From Macrostomum hystrix (Eukaryota; Animalia; Platyhelminthes), in NCBI GenBank assembly GCA_950097015.1, contig CATNEN010000003.1:8432001-8496000 (forward strand): a stretch of DNA of 64,000 bases. The letters run 5' to 3'. This document shows, piece after piece, positions 39,556-51,869 of the stretch (positions are counted from its first letter, which is position 1; each line of letters begins with the position of its first letter). The position numbers and the translations under genes were made by a program. The notes under the pieces were generated by a model. It was not told the DNA's origin. It did no database searches and saw only the letters and a program-made list of their open reading frames with translations.

Positions 39556-42396
39556 TTATCCCTGGCGAGAAAGGCTAAGCGCCAACATAGCGGCGGAGCC
39601 AATCAGAAAAGCGGCAAAAGCCAGATGACCTCCGCCAGGTCCGACAAGCCGCACAGACTGTCCAAATTGACTGTCGGCCACCTCAGAATCAGCAGCAGTT
39701 GCCGAGTCATCCTCGGCGCGATGCCAGCCGATGCTGCGTTGGACGGCGTCTAGCCAGCGCTGATATTTTCGGAGCCTCTCGGCCTGCCCAGTCAGAGGAA
39801 AGAACTCGGTCACGCTGCTCTGGCGAACTGACGCCGTCATGTCGATGCCGCTGCCCCAAGCGGCTGCCACAGCGGCGCCCAAAGCGGTGGTTTCCGCCAT
39901 CTCGGGTCGAACTACGGTGACACCGGCTAGGTCCGCCTGCAGCTGCATCAGCAACCTGTTGGATGTCATGCCGCCGTCAACCTGTATGAATAGGTAGTTA
40001 CATGTATTTTTTCAATACATATCAGATGCGAAGGATAGCGACTTTCGCATCTGAAACAATTCCTCTATTTTAATTTTTATTCAAAACTCCACATCTCACC
40101 CACACAGATCTATGATATAACTCTTAAACGCACAAACAAATTAAGTCTCACCCTTCAATATAAACTACTTCTCAACCTACCATAAACTCTACTGCTTACA
40201 CAACACCATAACCTACCATAGACACAAACTTCTCACCCTCCCGTAGACATTACGTCTCAATATTCATAGACACTACTTCTCATACCTACCCTCACATAGG
40301 CACTACTACTCAACCTACCGTAGAAACTAGTTCTCGACCTACCATAGACACTACTTACTACTTCTCATGCTCCGGTAGACACTACTTATTACCCTCCCAT
40401 AAACACTTCACTACTCACACTACGATGACACTACTTCTCACCCTCCCATAGGCACCACTTCTCACCCTCCGACAGACACTACTTCTCAACCTACCATAGA
40501 CACTATACTTCTCACCTTACCATAGACACCACATCTTAGCCTCCCATAGACACTTCTCACACCCCAGTAGACGCTACTTCTAATACTCCAATTCCCGGAA
40601 AAATCGCACCTTAATCCTAGTGAGCTGGGAGCCGCATTCAGTCTCCATGCATTCGATAAGCTCTCGGCTCTGATAGCACACGGCTTCCAGAGTAGCTCTG
40701 CACAGGTGAGCTCGCCCAGTGGCTCCAGTCAGGCCCACAATGACACCGCGGGCATCGCTGCGCCAATACGGACAGTACAGGCCGTTGAATGCCGGTACAA
40801 AGTAGCAGCCGGCCGTGTCAGGAACCTGTCCGGCCAAAGCTTCAGTTTCAGCAGGACTGGAGACAATGCCGAGACTGTCGCGCAGCCATCTGACAGCAGT
40901 GCCAGCTACAGCCACACAGCCTTCTAAAGCGTACACAGGCGGAGCATCCGGGCCCAGCTGATAAGCTACAGTGGTGAGTAGGCCGGAATTGGATATGACG
41001 GGACTCAGGCCCGTATTGCACAGCATAAAACAGCCACTGCCGTACGTATTCTTGGCGTCGCCAGTTTCTAAGCAACCCTGGCCAACTAGGGCGGCCTGTT
41101 GATCACCCAGTACCCCAGTGATGGGAACGCCGACTAGGGGACAATCCTGCACTTTGATCTGACCGAAATGCTGAGCGCTGGATAGGACCTTCGGTAGAGC
41201 GGCCCGGTCAATGCCGAAGAATCGGCAAAGCCGGGAATCCCATTGGCAGGTAGCCAGGTCTAGTAGCATTGTTCGCGACGCATTGGTGACATCTGTGGCA
41301 TATTCGCCTGCGAATGATATTTGAGAAGTCCCGATATGAACTCTCGCATTATAAAAAAATCCCACATAGATGATTCCCCAAATAAAAATCCCAGAGAGAT
41401 TATTCCCAAATGAAATATTTCACAAAAAGTTTATTACCTAATTAAGAATCTCACAGAGGGATGATAAACCAATAAAAATCCCTTCGGAGGGATAATTCCC
41501 TAATTAAAAATCCCACAGACAGATAATTTCCCAATTGAAAATCCCACAGAAAGATGACTCCTTACCATAGACACCATAAATTAGAAATCCCACGCAGAGA
41601 CGACAATGCCCTAATTGAAAATCCCACAATATAATTCCCCAAATCTCACAGAGAGATGATTCGCAAATTAAAAATTACAAAGACACAATTACTGATTTTA
41701 AACTTGGTAACCAAAACTCGCTTAAAATATACAACTAGCGAAAAGTAAAGGAGACAGAAAAATCTAATATTGGGATATTTATCCCAACAAAACTGTAGCC
41801 AAGCCCTCACCAGTAAGCTTGTACAATAGCCAGGTATCCACAGTGCCCATCATCAAGTTGCCGCTAGCCTGCAGTTCCCTAGCCTTGGGCACATTGTCAA
41901 GCAGCCATCGCAGTTTCACAGCGGTGAAATAAGTAGTGATTGGTAATCCGCAGATCTGACGAAATTCCCCGGCTGTCCTGGATTTAGTCGAGTTAATCAG
42001 CCTATCCACTGTCTGTTCAGTTCTGGCGTCTAGCCAAAGAATAGCGGGATAAATAGGAAGGCCAGTTTGCTTATCCCAGGCTACAAGGGTCTCGCGCTGA
42101 TTGGCTATGCCGATGCAACCAATGCGGCTAGCCGGTATGTTCAATGCGTTGAGATTGGCCACCGCAGCTGATATGCATGCCAGCACTGTGTCAGCCAGCT
42201 GAATGGGATTTGCTTCGGCCCAGCCATTTCTGGGATAAATTATGTCCACCTCCTCTTGGTGATAGGTGATTAGGGCGCCGGTTGATGCGGAGAACACAAG
42301 GAAGCGTGAACTGCCGGTGCCCTGGTCTATGGAGCCAATGAGGACGGAGTCTTTGTCGGCCTGGAACAAAGAGTTGGACTGATACAAATTGAACAT
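39556..42396 (-). CDS. GK: Glycerol kinase (exons 42396 or 42360-41811, 41307-40610, 39981-39556)
   Basis: [68 protein letters not shown]; in-phase GT-AG introns; hydrophobic C-terminal tail. Confidence 0.95.
40140..40570 (+). repeat. Degenerate ~27-bp tandem repeat in a GK intron
   Basis: Recurring ctacttctcaccctcccatagacac-like units. Confidence 0.7.
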
Positions 42397-42414
42397 TTTT
42401 AGCTGTAGGAAAAA

Positions 42415-43310
42415 CAGTCAACTGGTCAGGGATAATTAGTCAACTAGTCAGGGATAATTAGTCAACTGTTTAGGGATAAGTAGTCAACTGGTCAGGGATA
42501 ATTAGTCAACTAGTCAGGGATAATTAGTCAACTGTTTAGGGATAAGTAGTCAACTGGTCAGGGATAATTAGTCAACTGGTCAGTGATAATTAGTCAACTA
42601 GTCAGGGATAATTAGTAAACTAGTCAGGGTAATTAGTCAACTGGTCAGGGATAATTAGTCAACTAGTCAGGGATAAGTAGTCAACTGTTTAGAGATAATT
42701 AGTCAACTGTTTAGAGATAATTAGTCAACTGTTTAGAGATAATTAGTCAACTGTTTAGAGATAATTAGTCAACTGTTTAGAGATAATTAGTCAACTGTTT
42801 AGAGATAATTAGTCAACTGTTTAGAGATAATTAGTCAACTGTTTAGAGATAATTAGTCAACTGTTTAGAGATAATTAGTCAACTGTTTAGAGATAATTAG
42901 TCAACTGTTTAGAGATAATTAGTCAACTGTTTAGAGATAATTAGTCAACTGTTTAGAGATAATTAGTCAACTGTTTAGAGATAATTAGTCAACTGTTTAG
43001 AGATAATTAGTCAACTGTTTAGAGATAATTAGTCAACTGTTTAGAGATAATTAGTCAACTGTTTAGAGATAATTAGTCAACTGTTTAGAGATAATTAGTC
43101 AACTGTTTAGAGATAATTAGTCAACTGTTTAGAGATAATTAGTCAACTGGCTAGGGATAATTAGTCAACTGTTTAGAGATAATTAGTCAACTGGCTAGGG
43201 ATAATTAGTCAACTGTTTAGAGATAATTAGTCAACTGGCTAGGGATAATTAGTCAACTGGTCAGGGATAATTAGTCAATGGGTCAGGGAAAATTAGTCAA
43301 CTGGTGTGGG
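42415..43310 (+). repeat. 22-bp minisatellite in the first GK intron (~40 copies)
   Basis: Unit ttagtcaactgtttagagataa. Confidence 0.95.
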
Positions 43311-43663
43311 ATATTTTTCAATAGGAAGGGATAATTGATCAACTAGTTGAAGAATAATTTTTCGAATGTCGGATAATTTAACAATTTGGGGAACAACTTA
43401 CAGACTATGGTAATAATCGGCCAGCAAAGAGGGGATAATTTTGCGAGTGAGGATTATTTGTCAAAAGGTACAGGCAATCTCGCCACACTTGGGGGCTGTC
43501 CCTGTGTCTAAAGCATAAAAAGAAAATAATAAAGTAGCCAACAAAATGTTTAACAATCTTCTTTGCAAATAGAAAATGCGAAAAGTTCATATTTCCAGTC
43601 TTAAAAAAATAGAAAGAATTTATTAAGCTGAATTTTCACAATCAGCAAGCAGCAACATGGCTA

Positions 43664-45115
43664 TTAAATGGTCTTTAAGAAGGCCCTATACCTATCCGGA
43701 GAGCAGTTAGCAACCCGATTGCAGAACTCCGCATCCGAGCCGCACACAGTCTGGGTCAGTGAGGTGTACAGAGGCAATTGGGGATCGAACTGAGCTCGAC
43801 CAAGTTCCGCGAGAAATTTTAAACGAGCCGAAACTCGACTCGGCTGTTTGACAAGCGCAATAGGATTAGCCGCAACTAGATCGGCTGGCAGTTTGTACAG
43901 TCCGGTTAATAGGGCGTAGTTTCTGTATAGATTGGACAGCTGGCACACCTAGGATTGATTTGAAATCAGTGTATAGAGATAAACAGCCGCAGCCAATCAG
44001 AGGAGCTCCCTAAGGTGGGGGTGAGTAGCAGAGCGGTTTAATGCGTTCGCCTCTCGCACCAAGGTCCTAGGCTCGATTCCAAGGCGAGGCCACATTTATT
44101 TGGGGTGCAGCCGCAATGAGAATGCTTAAGGGGCTTGTGCAATTTACGACCTCGAGGACCAACCTTCAAGGCACAGTGAACAAGAATGTACACTGCCAGA
44201 CGATGAGAAAGTCAGGGCAGATGTACACACCTGTGTGAGTGTGTGCCTATTGAGTGAGTGTATATTTATTGTATACAGTTAGGTGAACTGAAGCACTAAT
44301 AGATATAGTGTCTTTCCCAAGTGGCTCTGGCTCATCTAATCACTACTCACCATGACCGGTGGATGCAGCAGCACCATTTTCCTAGTTGTAGTCAACCCCA
44401 GCTGCAAGCCTTTAACCAGGCAAGTCCTAACAGAGCTTAACTCTTTCATAGGAAACGTGAACACCTTCGGGCACTCGGTGGACGCTGAAATCAGCTGCGC
44501 ATTGTCGAATTCGTACAGTCGCTGCAGTCGACTAAGTCGAGAATCCACCGCCTCGGGCGACATCGATAGCACTGTCGGCTGGCGACTGAACAGTTCAGGA
44601 GCTCTTACAAAACCGGCGCGTTTGAAATAGGACAACCGGTCATTCAGAGCCGACAATGGCGTCACCAACAAACTGGGGAACACGCTGATAATCTCCGCCG
44701 TGTCCCTGGGCAGACAGCCGAATTCCATCAGTAGTTTTAGGCGAGGCTTTACATCGGCATCGAAATCCAACGACAAAAGAGTAGCGCTAGCGTTGGGACA
44801 TTTCTCAGCCCTGCTCAGATCAACACCAATGGACATGAGGCGAGACAGGATAGGCGAGATATTGGCCAGGTCGGCTAAAGTTTGGACCCGACTCGAAGGA
44901 GTTGCGTGAGATTGGGAAACGATTTTGGTTAGCGAGGAGACAGCTGCTGTTGCCGCTTCTGCTGCCTTTGACAGAGACCCATCGGGCGGGCTGTCAACCA
45001 CCGCGCTTGGATGATGATCAACTTCAGAAGTAGATAAACTGGCAGCGATGATTGAACGGCCGCATCCGCTGCCAGCTAGTTGCTGCAAGCAGCGTCGAGT
45101 GAATGTCCCTAGATA
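43664..45115 (-). CDS. MTERF3: Mitochondrial transcription termination factor, MTERF3-like (exons 45115-44351, 43948-43664; candidate ATG TCA microexon 47706-47701)
   Basis: LSRLMSIGVDLS, LDFDADVKPRLKLL, mTERF repeats, C-terminus RLKFLAELGRAQFDPQLPLYTSL...DAEFCNRVA...YRAFLKTI. Confidence 0.85.
44016..44250 (+). mobile_element. SINE family A, 3'-truncated copy in an MTERF3 intron
   Basis: Matches head and body of 55357 copy. Confidence 0.8.
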
Positions 45116-45189
45116 CTGGAAAATGGGAATATTATTTTTAATTCTTCATTCTAAATTGGCTAAATACATATCTGATAATCTGGGACGCT

Positions 45190-46990
45190 AAGTAGTTAAT
45201 CCAGAGGATCTGGAAAATTGACGTTAATCCTAAGGATCTAAAAAGTTGACTAGTTAATCCGGAGGATCTGGAAGGTTGGCTAGTTAATCCTGAGGATCTA
45301 GGAGGTTGGCTAGTTAATCCTGAGGATCTAGGAGGTTGGCTAGTTAATCCTGAGGATCTAGGAGGTTGGCTAGTTAATCCTGAGGATCTAGGAGGTTGGC
45401 TAGTTAATCCTGAGGATCTAGGAGGTTGGCTAGTTAATCCTGAGGATCTAGGAGGTTGGCTAGTTAATCCTGAGGATCTAGAAGGTTGGCTAGTTAATCC
45501 TGAGGATCTAGGAGGTTGGCTAGTTAATCCTGAGGATCTAGAAGGTTGGCTAGTTAATCCTGAGGATCTAGAAGGTTGGCTAGTTAATCCTGAGGATCTA
45601 GGAGGTTGGCTAGTTAATCCTAAGGATCTAAGAGGTTGGCTAGTTAATCCTGAGGATCTAGGAGGTTGGCTAGTTAATCCTGAGGATCTAAGAGGTTGGC
45701 TAGTTAATCCTGAGGATCTAGGAGGTTGGCTAGTTAATCCTGAGGATCTGGAAGTTGGCTAGTTAATCCTGAGGATCTAGAAGGTTGGCTAGTTAATCCT
45801 AAGGATCTAGGAGGTTGGCTAGTTAATCCTGAGGATCTAGGAGGTTGGCTAGTTAATCCTGAGGATCTAGAAGGTTGGCTAGTTAATCCTAAGGATCTAG
45901 GAGGTTGACTAGTTAATCCTAAGGATCTAGGAGGTTGGCTAGTTAATCCTGAGGATCTAGGAGGTTGGCTAGTTAATCCTGAGGATCTAGGAGGTTGGCT
46001 AGTTAATCCTGAGGATCTAGGAGGTTGGCTAGTTAATCCGGAGGATCTGGAAGGTTGGCTAGTTAATCCTGAGGATCTAGGAGGTTGGCTAGTTAATCCT
46101 GAGGATCTAGGAGGTTGGCTAGTTAATCCTGAGGATCTAGGAGGTTGGCTAGTTAATCCTGAGGATCTAGGAGGTTGGCTAGTTAATCCTGAGGATCTAG
46201 GAGGTTGGCTAGTTAATCCTGAGGATCTAGGAGGTTGGCTAGTTAATCCTGAGGATCTAGAAGGTTGGCTAGTTAATCCTGAGGATCTAGGAGGTTGGCT
46301 AGTTAATCCTGAGGATCTAGAAGGTTGGCTAGTTAATCCTGAGGATCTAGAAGGTTGGCTAGTTAATCCTGAGGATCTAGGAGGTTGGCTAGTTAATCCT
46401 AAGGATCTAAGAGGTTGGCTAGTTAATCCTGAGGATCTAGGAGGTTGGCTAGTTAATCCTGAGGATCTAAGAGGTTGGCTAGTTAATCCTGAGGATCTAG
46501 GAGGTTGGCTAGTTAATCCTGAGGATCTGGAAGTTGGCTAGTTAATCCTGAGGATCTAGAAGGTTGGCTAGTTAATCCTAAGGATCTAGGAGGTTGGCTA
46601 GTTAATCCTGAGGATCTAGGAGGTTGGCTAGTTAATCCTGAGGATCTAGAAGGTTGGCTAGTTAATCCTAAGGATCTAGGAGGTTGACTAGTTAATCCTA
46701 AGGATCTAGGAGGTTGGCTAGTTAATCCTGAGGATCTAGGAGATTGGCTAGTTAATCCTGAGGATCTAGGAGGTTGGCTAGTTAATCCTGAGGATCTAGG
46801 AGGTTGGCTAGTTAATCCTGAGGATCTAGGAGGTTGGCTAGTTAATCCTGAGGATCTAGGTGGTTGGCTAGTTAATCCTGAGGATCTAGGAGGTTGGCTA
46901 GTTAATCCTGAGGATCTAGGAGGTTAGCTAGTTAATCCTGAGGATCTGGAAGTTGGCTAGTTAATCCTGAGGATCTAGAAGGTTGGCTTA
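45190..46990 (+). repeat. 30-bp minisatellite (~60 copies)
   Basis: Unit tagttaatcctgaggatctaggaggttggc; variant pattern repeats with ~780-bp period. Confidence 0.97.
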
Positions 46991-47476
46991 ATTTTAAATT
47001 GTTTCACTAATTTTGATGTCTTTTATTTTTATCTAGAATAGTTTTCAGTCTAAAATAGCCTTGTTGCGCAACTTTTTTTTAAATATTAGAAAAGCCAGCA
47101 TTTAAAGCAGAAGATTTTTGTGCGGTTGAGAACAAGCATATAGCCCGCAATCAGCACAATTTTCTGTAACTCTTGTTATTAATAGACTTTATTCTAGGCA
47201 TAAGCACTCAGAAAATAGCTAACAAAAACTAAAGTATTAGAATCTCAGTTATACAAAACAAATGATGCCAGAAAAACTACATAATAGATGCCGTTGTGAG
47301 TTGATGAGCAATGAGCAATTTGTGAGTCTATTTCAGGACACGTAGCTAGAACCCTTAGAAAAAAAACTGGTAGAACGGGCCTTATAGGCAAGGGATAAAA
47401 ATAAATGTATAATGGTTTACCAACAAAAATAACTAAATCCTCATTTTAAAATGCTAAATAGATACGAATTTTGCTC

Positions 47477-47548
47477 TCCGTCCCTACTAGGCTGAGATTC
47501 GAACTCCGAACCCTCAGTGATCAGAAGTCCAACGCCATACCGATTGAG
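47477..47548 (-). other. Degenerate tRNA-like / SINE head remnant
   Basis: Reverse complement ctcaatcggtatggcgttggacttctgatc...gagttcgaatctc has A- and B-box-like parts but no proper acceptor stem. Confidence 0.4.
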
Positions 47549-48595
47549 ATATAAAACCTATTAATTTAGAAATACCTTCAACTTTGAATTGTAAATTTTA
47601 CTTCTAACAGGTTTGAATTAACCATTTGTTAGAAACAACACTTTGTAAATGTTTAAGTGCTTTGTAAATTACAAAAAAATAATAATTAAAAACTTTTTAC
47701 TGACATAATTTGAATTTGTAAAAAATGAATAAAAGCTATTTTACTGGCTTTTCATTAGTTCTAAAAATTGACTGGCTACAATATTTCAAGCACTAAATTA
47801 GCACGACAACAAATTTCGAGGATCTGGGGCAGATAGTAGCGCAATATAAGCACTTTAATGTTTATTGAATCATCACGCACTAGAATAAACATTAATGCTT
47901 GTGATAAACGCACAGTAGCAAAATTTAAATACAACTGAAAAGCAACCAAGGCAAAATAGGTAAAAAAAGAAATATAAGATTTATGAAATATACTTAAACA
48001 GTTATTAAACTGTTATTATGTCAAAACCAGTTATCTGCACTAGTTCTATGCCCAGAAAATGACTGGTGAAATTCGACGCAAAATTAAATAAAAGTAGATT
48101 TAAAACCCTCAGGCACTACTTCCAGTATCATCATGCTTAAGTAGTAAGCCACGCAAAACAATCAAGTTATATAAGACAAACGGCAGTCATATGATAGATT
48201 TATTTAACTAGGAATGTAATTCAACCTCTAGACAAACAAAATGAACTTTATCGTCTTCATTTAAGTACTTCAAAACGATATCAGCTGGGATTTTGAATGT
48301 GAAAAGCTCAATCTGGTGGATTTGGGATGTGGAAATATTAATTCATGGGATTAAGGATGTGGAAATCTCCATCCGTAGGATTTAGAATGTAGAAAGCTTA
48401 ATACATCGGGATTTTGGGATGTGGAAAAATCAATCTGTTGGATTTGAGAAATCTGTTTTAGAGGAATTGAAGCTGGATGATTATGAGGAAAAAATGTTAA
48501 TATAAAAACCATACAGATATTTGATTATTTTTAAGAAATACATATAGACCAAAAGCTATTTAAAACTTTGACTGCTAATGCAGCAATAAGGATTA

Positions 48596-49974
48596 TCAGG
48601 CTTTGCAACGCGTCAAAGATAACAATCTTTCAGGATGAAAGAATTCAATATGCTCCAGTAGAATGCACAATTCCGTTGTTAGACACCTGGAGCACACTGG
48701 GCATCTATACAGAACGCAGCGCAGTCGATGCTGCAGTTCAGAGTGTCCAGTGGACAAATGCATTCTGAGAGTGTCGGGCACTAAAGTCATAAAAGTGCAA
48801 GCTGGACAGCGTAGGACATGAATTAGGCCATCATTTGCCTGCTGCTGCTGTAGCCCCTGATGCTGATTTTCTGGATCAGCCTGAAAATTTATTTTTATTT
48901 AATATTATTGTGTGATCTTTTTATCTAGCTATTCAATAAATAAGAAAATTAAATTAAAATAATTGAAGAAAAAAATGGGCCTCTAAATCATTTTTACAAC
49001 TTTGTTAATAACGAACAAATATTAGATTTTTCTAATAATAAGCCTACCCAAAAAGCATATAGAAACAAAGAAAGATATGTTCATGTATATGGTTTAAAAT
49101 ACCAAACATAGTCGACTGTTAGCAAGTAGATAGACTTAACAAAAATGAAGTAAATGAAAAATATAAAAGTTAAAAAAGTCTGTCGTGACATTTTTACCAC
49201 TATAGTCATAGAAACAATTTTATAAATTTTGGACAGAATCCATTGCAGAAGTTAAACAAAGTTATGATGTAGCATACACATATTTTATGCTTTACTACAG
49301 TACTCAAGAGTCTAAAATGTATGTATTTCTAAAGTAGTTGTTTACAAATACATTCTGAATACTTTAGAATTTAATAGCAATTTATAGTAAAATATAAATG
49401 AAGAGAGTAGACTGTCACTTAAAAAATACTACAGGCAGCCTATAGTGCCTAGTTTTAGATGCCTACTAGTGCCAAAATATGTGGATCCTAGACACTTTGT
49501 CATCTTACAACTTTGTCATCCTTCATCAAGGACACTTCATCATCCAGCCAATTGGCATGCTTTAAAGTTTGGTCAGTTTGTCTTCTACTAATAACAAACA
49601 ATCAAGTTCGTCATCAATAAAGTGAAGGTAGGGTGGTGGGGCAGAGGTGTGAACACACTTCACACTCTAAATTGTCAAAAAGGGGTGTCAAAACTGATTT
49701 TATCATAAGAGTTCAAAGATAGGTGCCAACACAATATGAGGAGACGTGGGGAGGGGTGGTTCTGTTCTAACTTTGAAAACTCTTGTTTTAGGGACTATAG
49801 ATGACGAAGTGTCAATAAGTCTAAGTCTCTTCGTCATCCACCCTCTGAGATATTGGACAGATCATCATCTGGATGACGAAGTTGTAAGATGACAGTGTCC
49901 AGGTACCAAGTTTGTATATTTTGTTGTATTCAATCACTAAATATGAAAAATAAATTTTATTTGAAATTTACCAT
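48596..49974 (-). CDS. Small two-finger C2H2 protein (~95 aa; ATG microexon 49974-49972, main exon 48880-48596)
   Basis: Acceptor ttttcag|GCT; ADPENQ...CPACTFMTLVPDTLRMHLSTGH...YRCPVCSRCLTTELCILLEHIEFFHP; upstream cttATG|gtaaat is phase 0 (start assignment tentative). Confidence 0.65.
49483..49907. mobile_element. MITE (425 bp)
   Basis: ~38-bp imperfect TIRs ggatcctagacactttgtcatcttacaactttgtcatcc / ggatgacgaagttgtaagatgacagtgtccaggtacc; internal gtcatc repeats; flanks aaatatgt / aagtttgt. Confidence 0.8.
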
Positions 49975-51869
49975 AAGTATGAATTTGTTTTAATAATAAG
50001 ACATTGTTATATAATGAAAAAAAATTGCATTAACTATGAATATTTTTGTTTCAGCATGTCCACTATATTAAATAAATACGGCATAAATACAGAAGAAGTG
50101 AAAGAAAAAAGTCAAAATTGAAGCCTATATGTCATGAAAAGGTGGCCCTGTAACAACTTTGGTGATATTATCAGTAGGCCTATAAAAAAATCAAAATAAT
50201 AATAATAAAAGAGACAAGCACTAAAACTCTTGACTGGCGCATTTGACTAGTTGATTAAGTGACCAAAGATTGAGATGGCCCAATTGGCTAGTTGACAAAT
50301 TGACAAAATACAGGGATGATTATTTGACAAAATGGCAGTTGACAGTGACCAGCACCCCAGAAAAAAGGCCTACAGCAACTGGGTGGCATTAGTGGAAATA
50401 AAATCACTAGGTCACAAAAAAGAAGACACAGCACTTTTTAGCTTGTCAAAAAATTATTTTGAATGGATTTGGCATTGGCACCAAGACTTTACTTAACCCA
50501 TAGTGCTAAAATGGCGCAATAAATTTATGTAGGCTTCGGTGCAAAAAAAACGTATTTTTTATGAAGCTCACTGAAGCGAGCAGCGAGGTCACTGCAAAAT
50601 ATTGCATCGAGCATAACAATCGATTCTCGAATTATCGTCGTGAAAATGAAAAAGTGTAGGCCTTTAGGGTTGTACCAATATTCCCCTCCGTTATGCATTA
50701 TTCTTAAAAAAAGCGCTGGAAAGTATTCAAATTTTAAACAAACAGTAATCAAGAAAATTATGTACTTTATGGCCTTATTTCACATCCAAATGTGTAATCA
50801 CAAATAAAAATAATTTTTAGTTTGAAAGTGTCAATAATGTTAAGAAAGAAACACCAAACCTCAAAGAAATCGAAGTTACGAGTATCAGAAACAGCAAAAT
50901 TGTATACTATGCTGTGCAATTCGGAAGATCTATTTTATAACATGAGTAACAAAGTTAAGAGATCAAGAGACTATATTTATGCTTGCCCAGAGATGTATGG
51001 TAGTAATAAAGAAGACAGTCATAGTTAAAACCCCGAAACGGAAGATAAATATGAAACTGAAAATTCTGATAATGTAAATTATATTATTTATGACAACGGT
51101 GCCGTTAAAGCTAAAATATTGAATATCCATGTGCAGCCAATGTGTGCTAACTACTAGTGGTCCTTGCCAATGTAATGACAGTCCAAAAATGAAATTCGTT
51201 ATTATTAGTTGTTGATGGTATAGGCGCAAATTTGTGTGCATTAAGTTATATATATTATGCATTCGTATAGATGCAGTATAGTATAGTCAGCTAAAAAAAT
51301 CCGTCGTACTGGGTCGCTCGCTACATATGATCTGTAGCTCGCCCGCAATCTGCTTTAAGGCACATATAAAATTTCATTTTTTTTCTAAAACACGCGCACG
51401 CTTTTTATGCAATATATTATATCAGATTATAGCGTGTGATCACATAGTGTGATCACCTATACTCACACAGTGATTCCGATCGTACTATAGAAGCACAGAA
51501 CTTGTGACAAATCTATACTACTGCAGCTATGCACGCAGATATGTACTGCACGATGCATAGCTCACTGACAAATTGTGGCGTGTATTTTATATAGCATCTA
51601 CGGCTGCCTAATCTAAAATAGAAGTCCATAAAATATGAAAGGTGCGTGCAGTTCAAACTTGAAATTATAACAGCTGGGGACGACAGGAAGCTATCTTCAA
51701 AAAGTTTACTACTTCGAGAAAGGATACAATGTAGCAATTGATTGCGAAAAGGGAATTCAAATCGATAATACATGTAATTTACAATCTGGTTGTTGTAAGC
51801 GACAGTTGGAGAGGAAGATAAAGCGAAAATAAATAAAATAGTTGCATATTCTGCTCAAATCGAGGTCAA

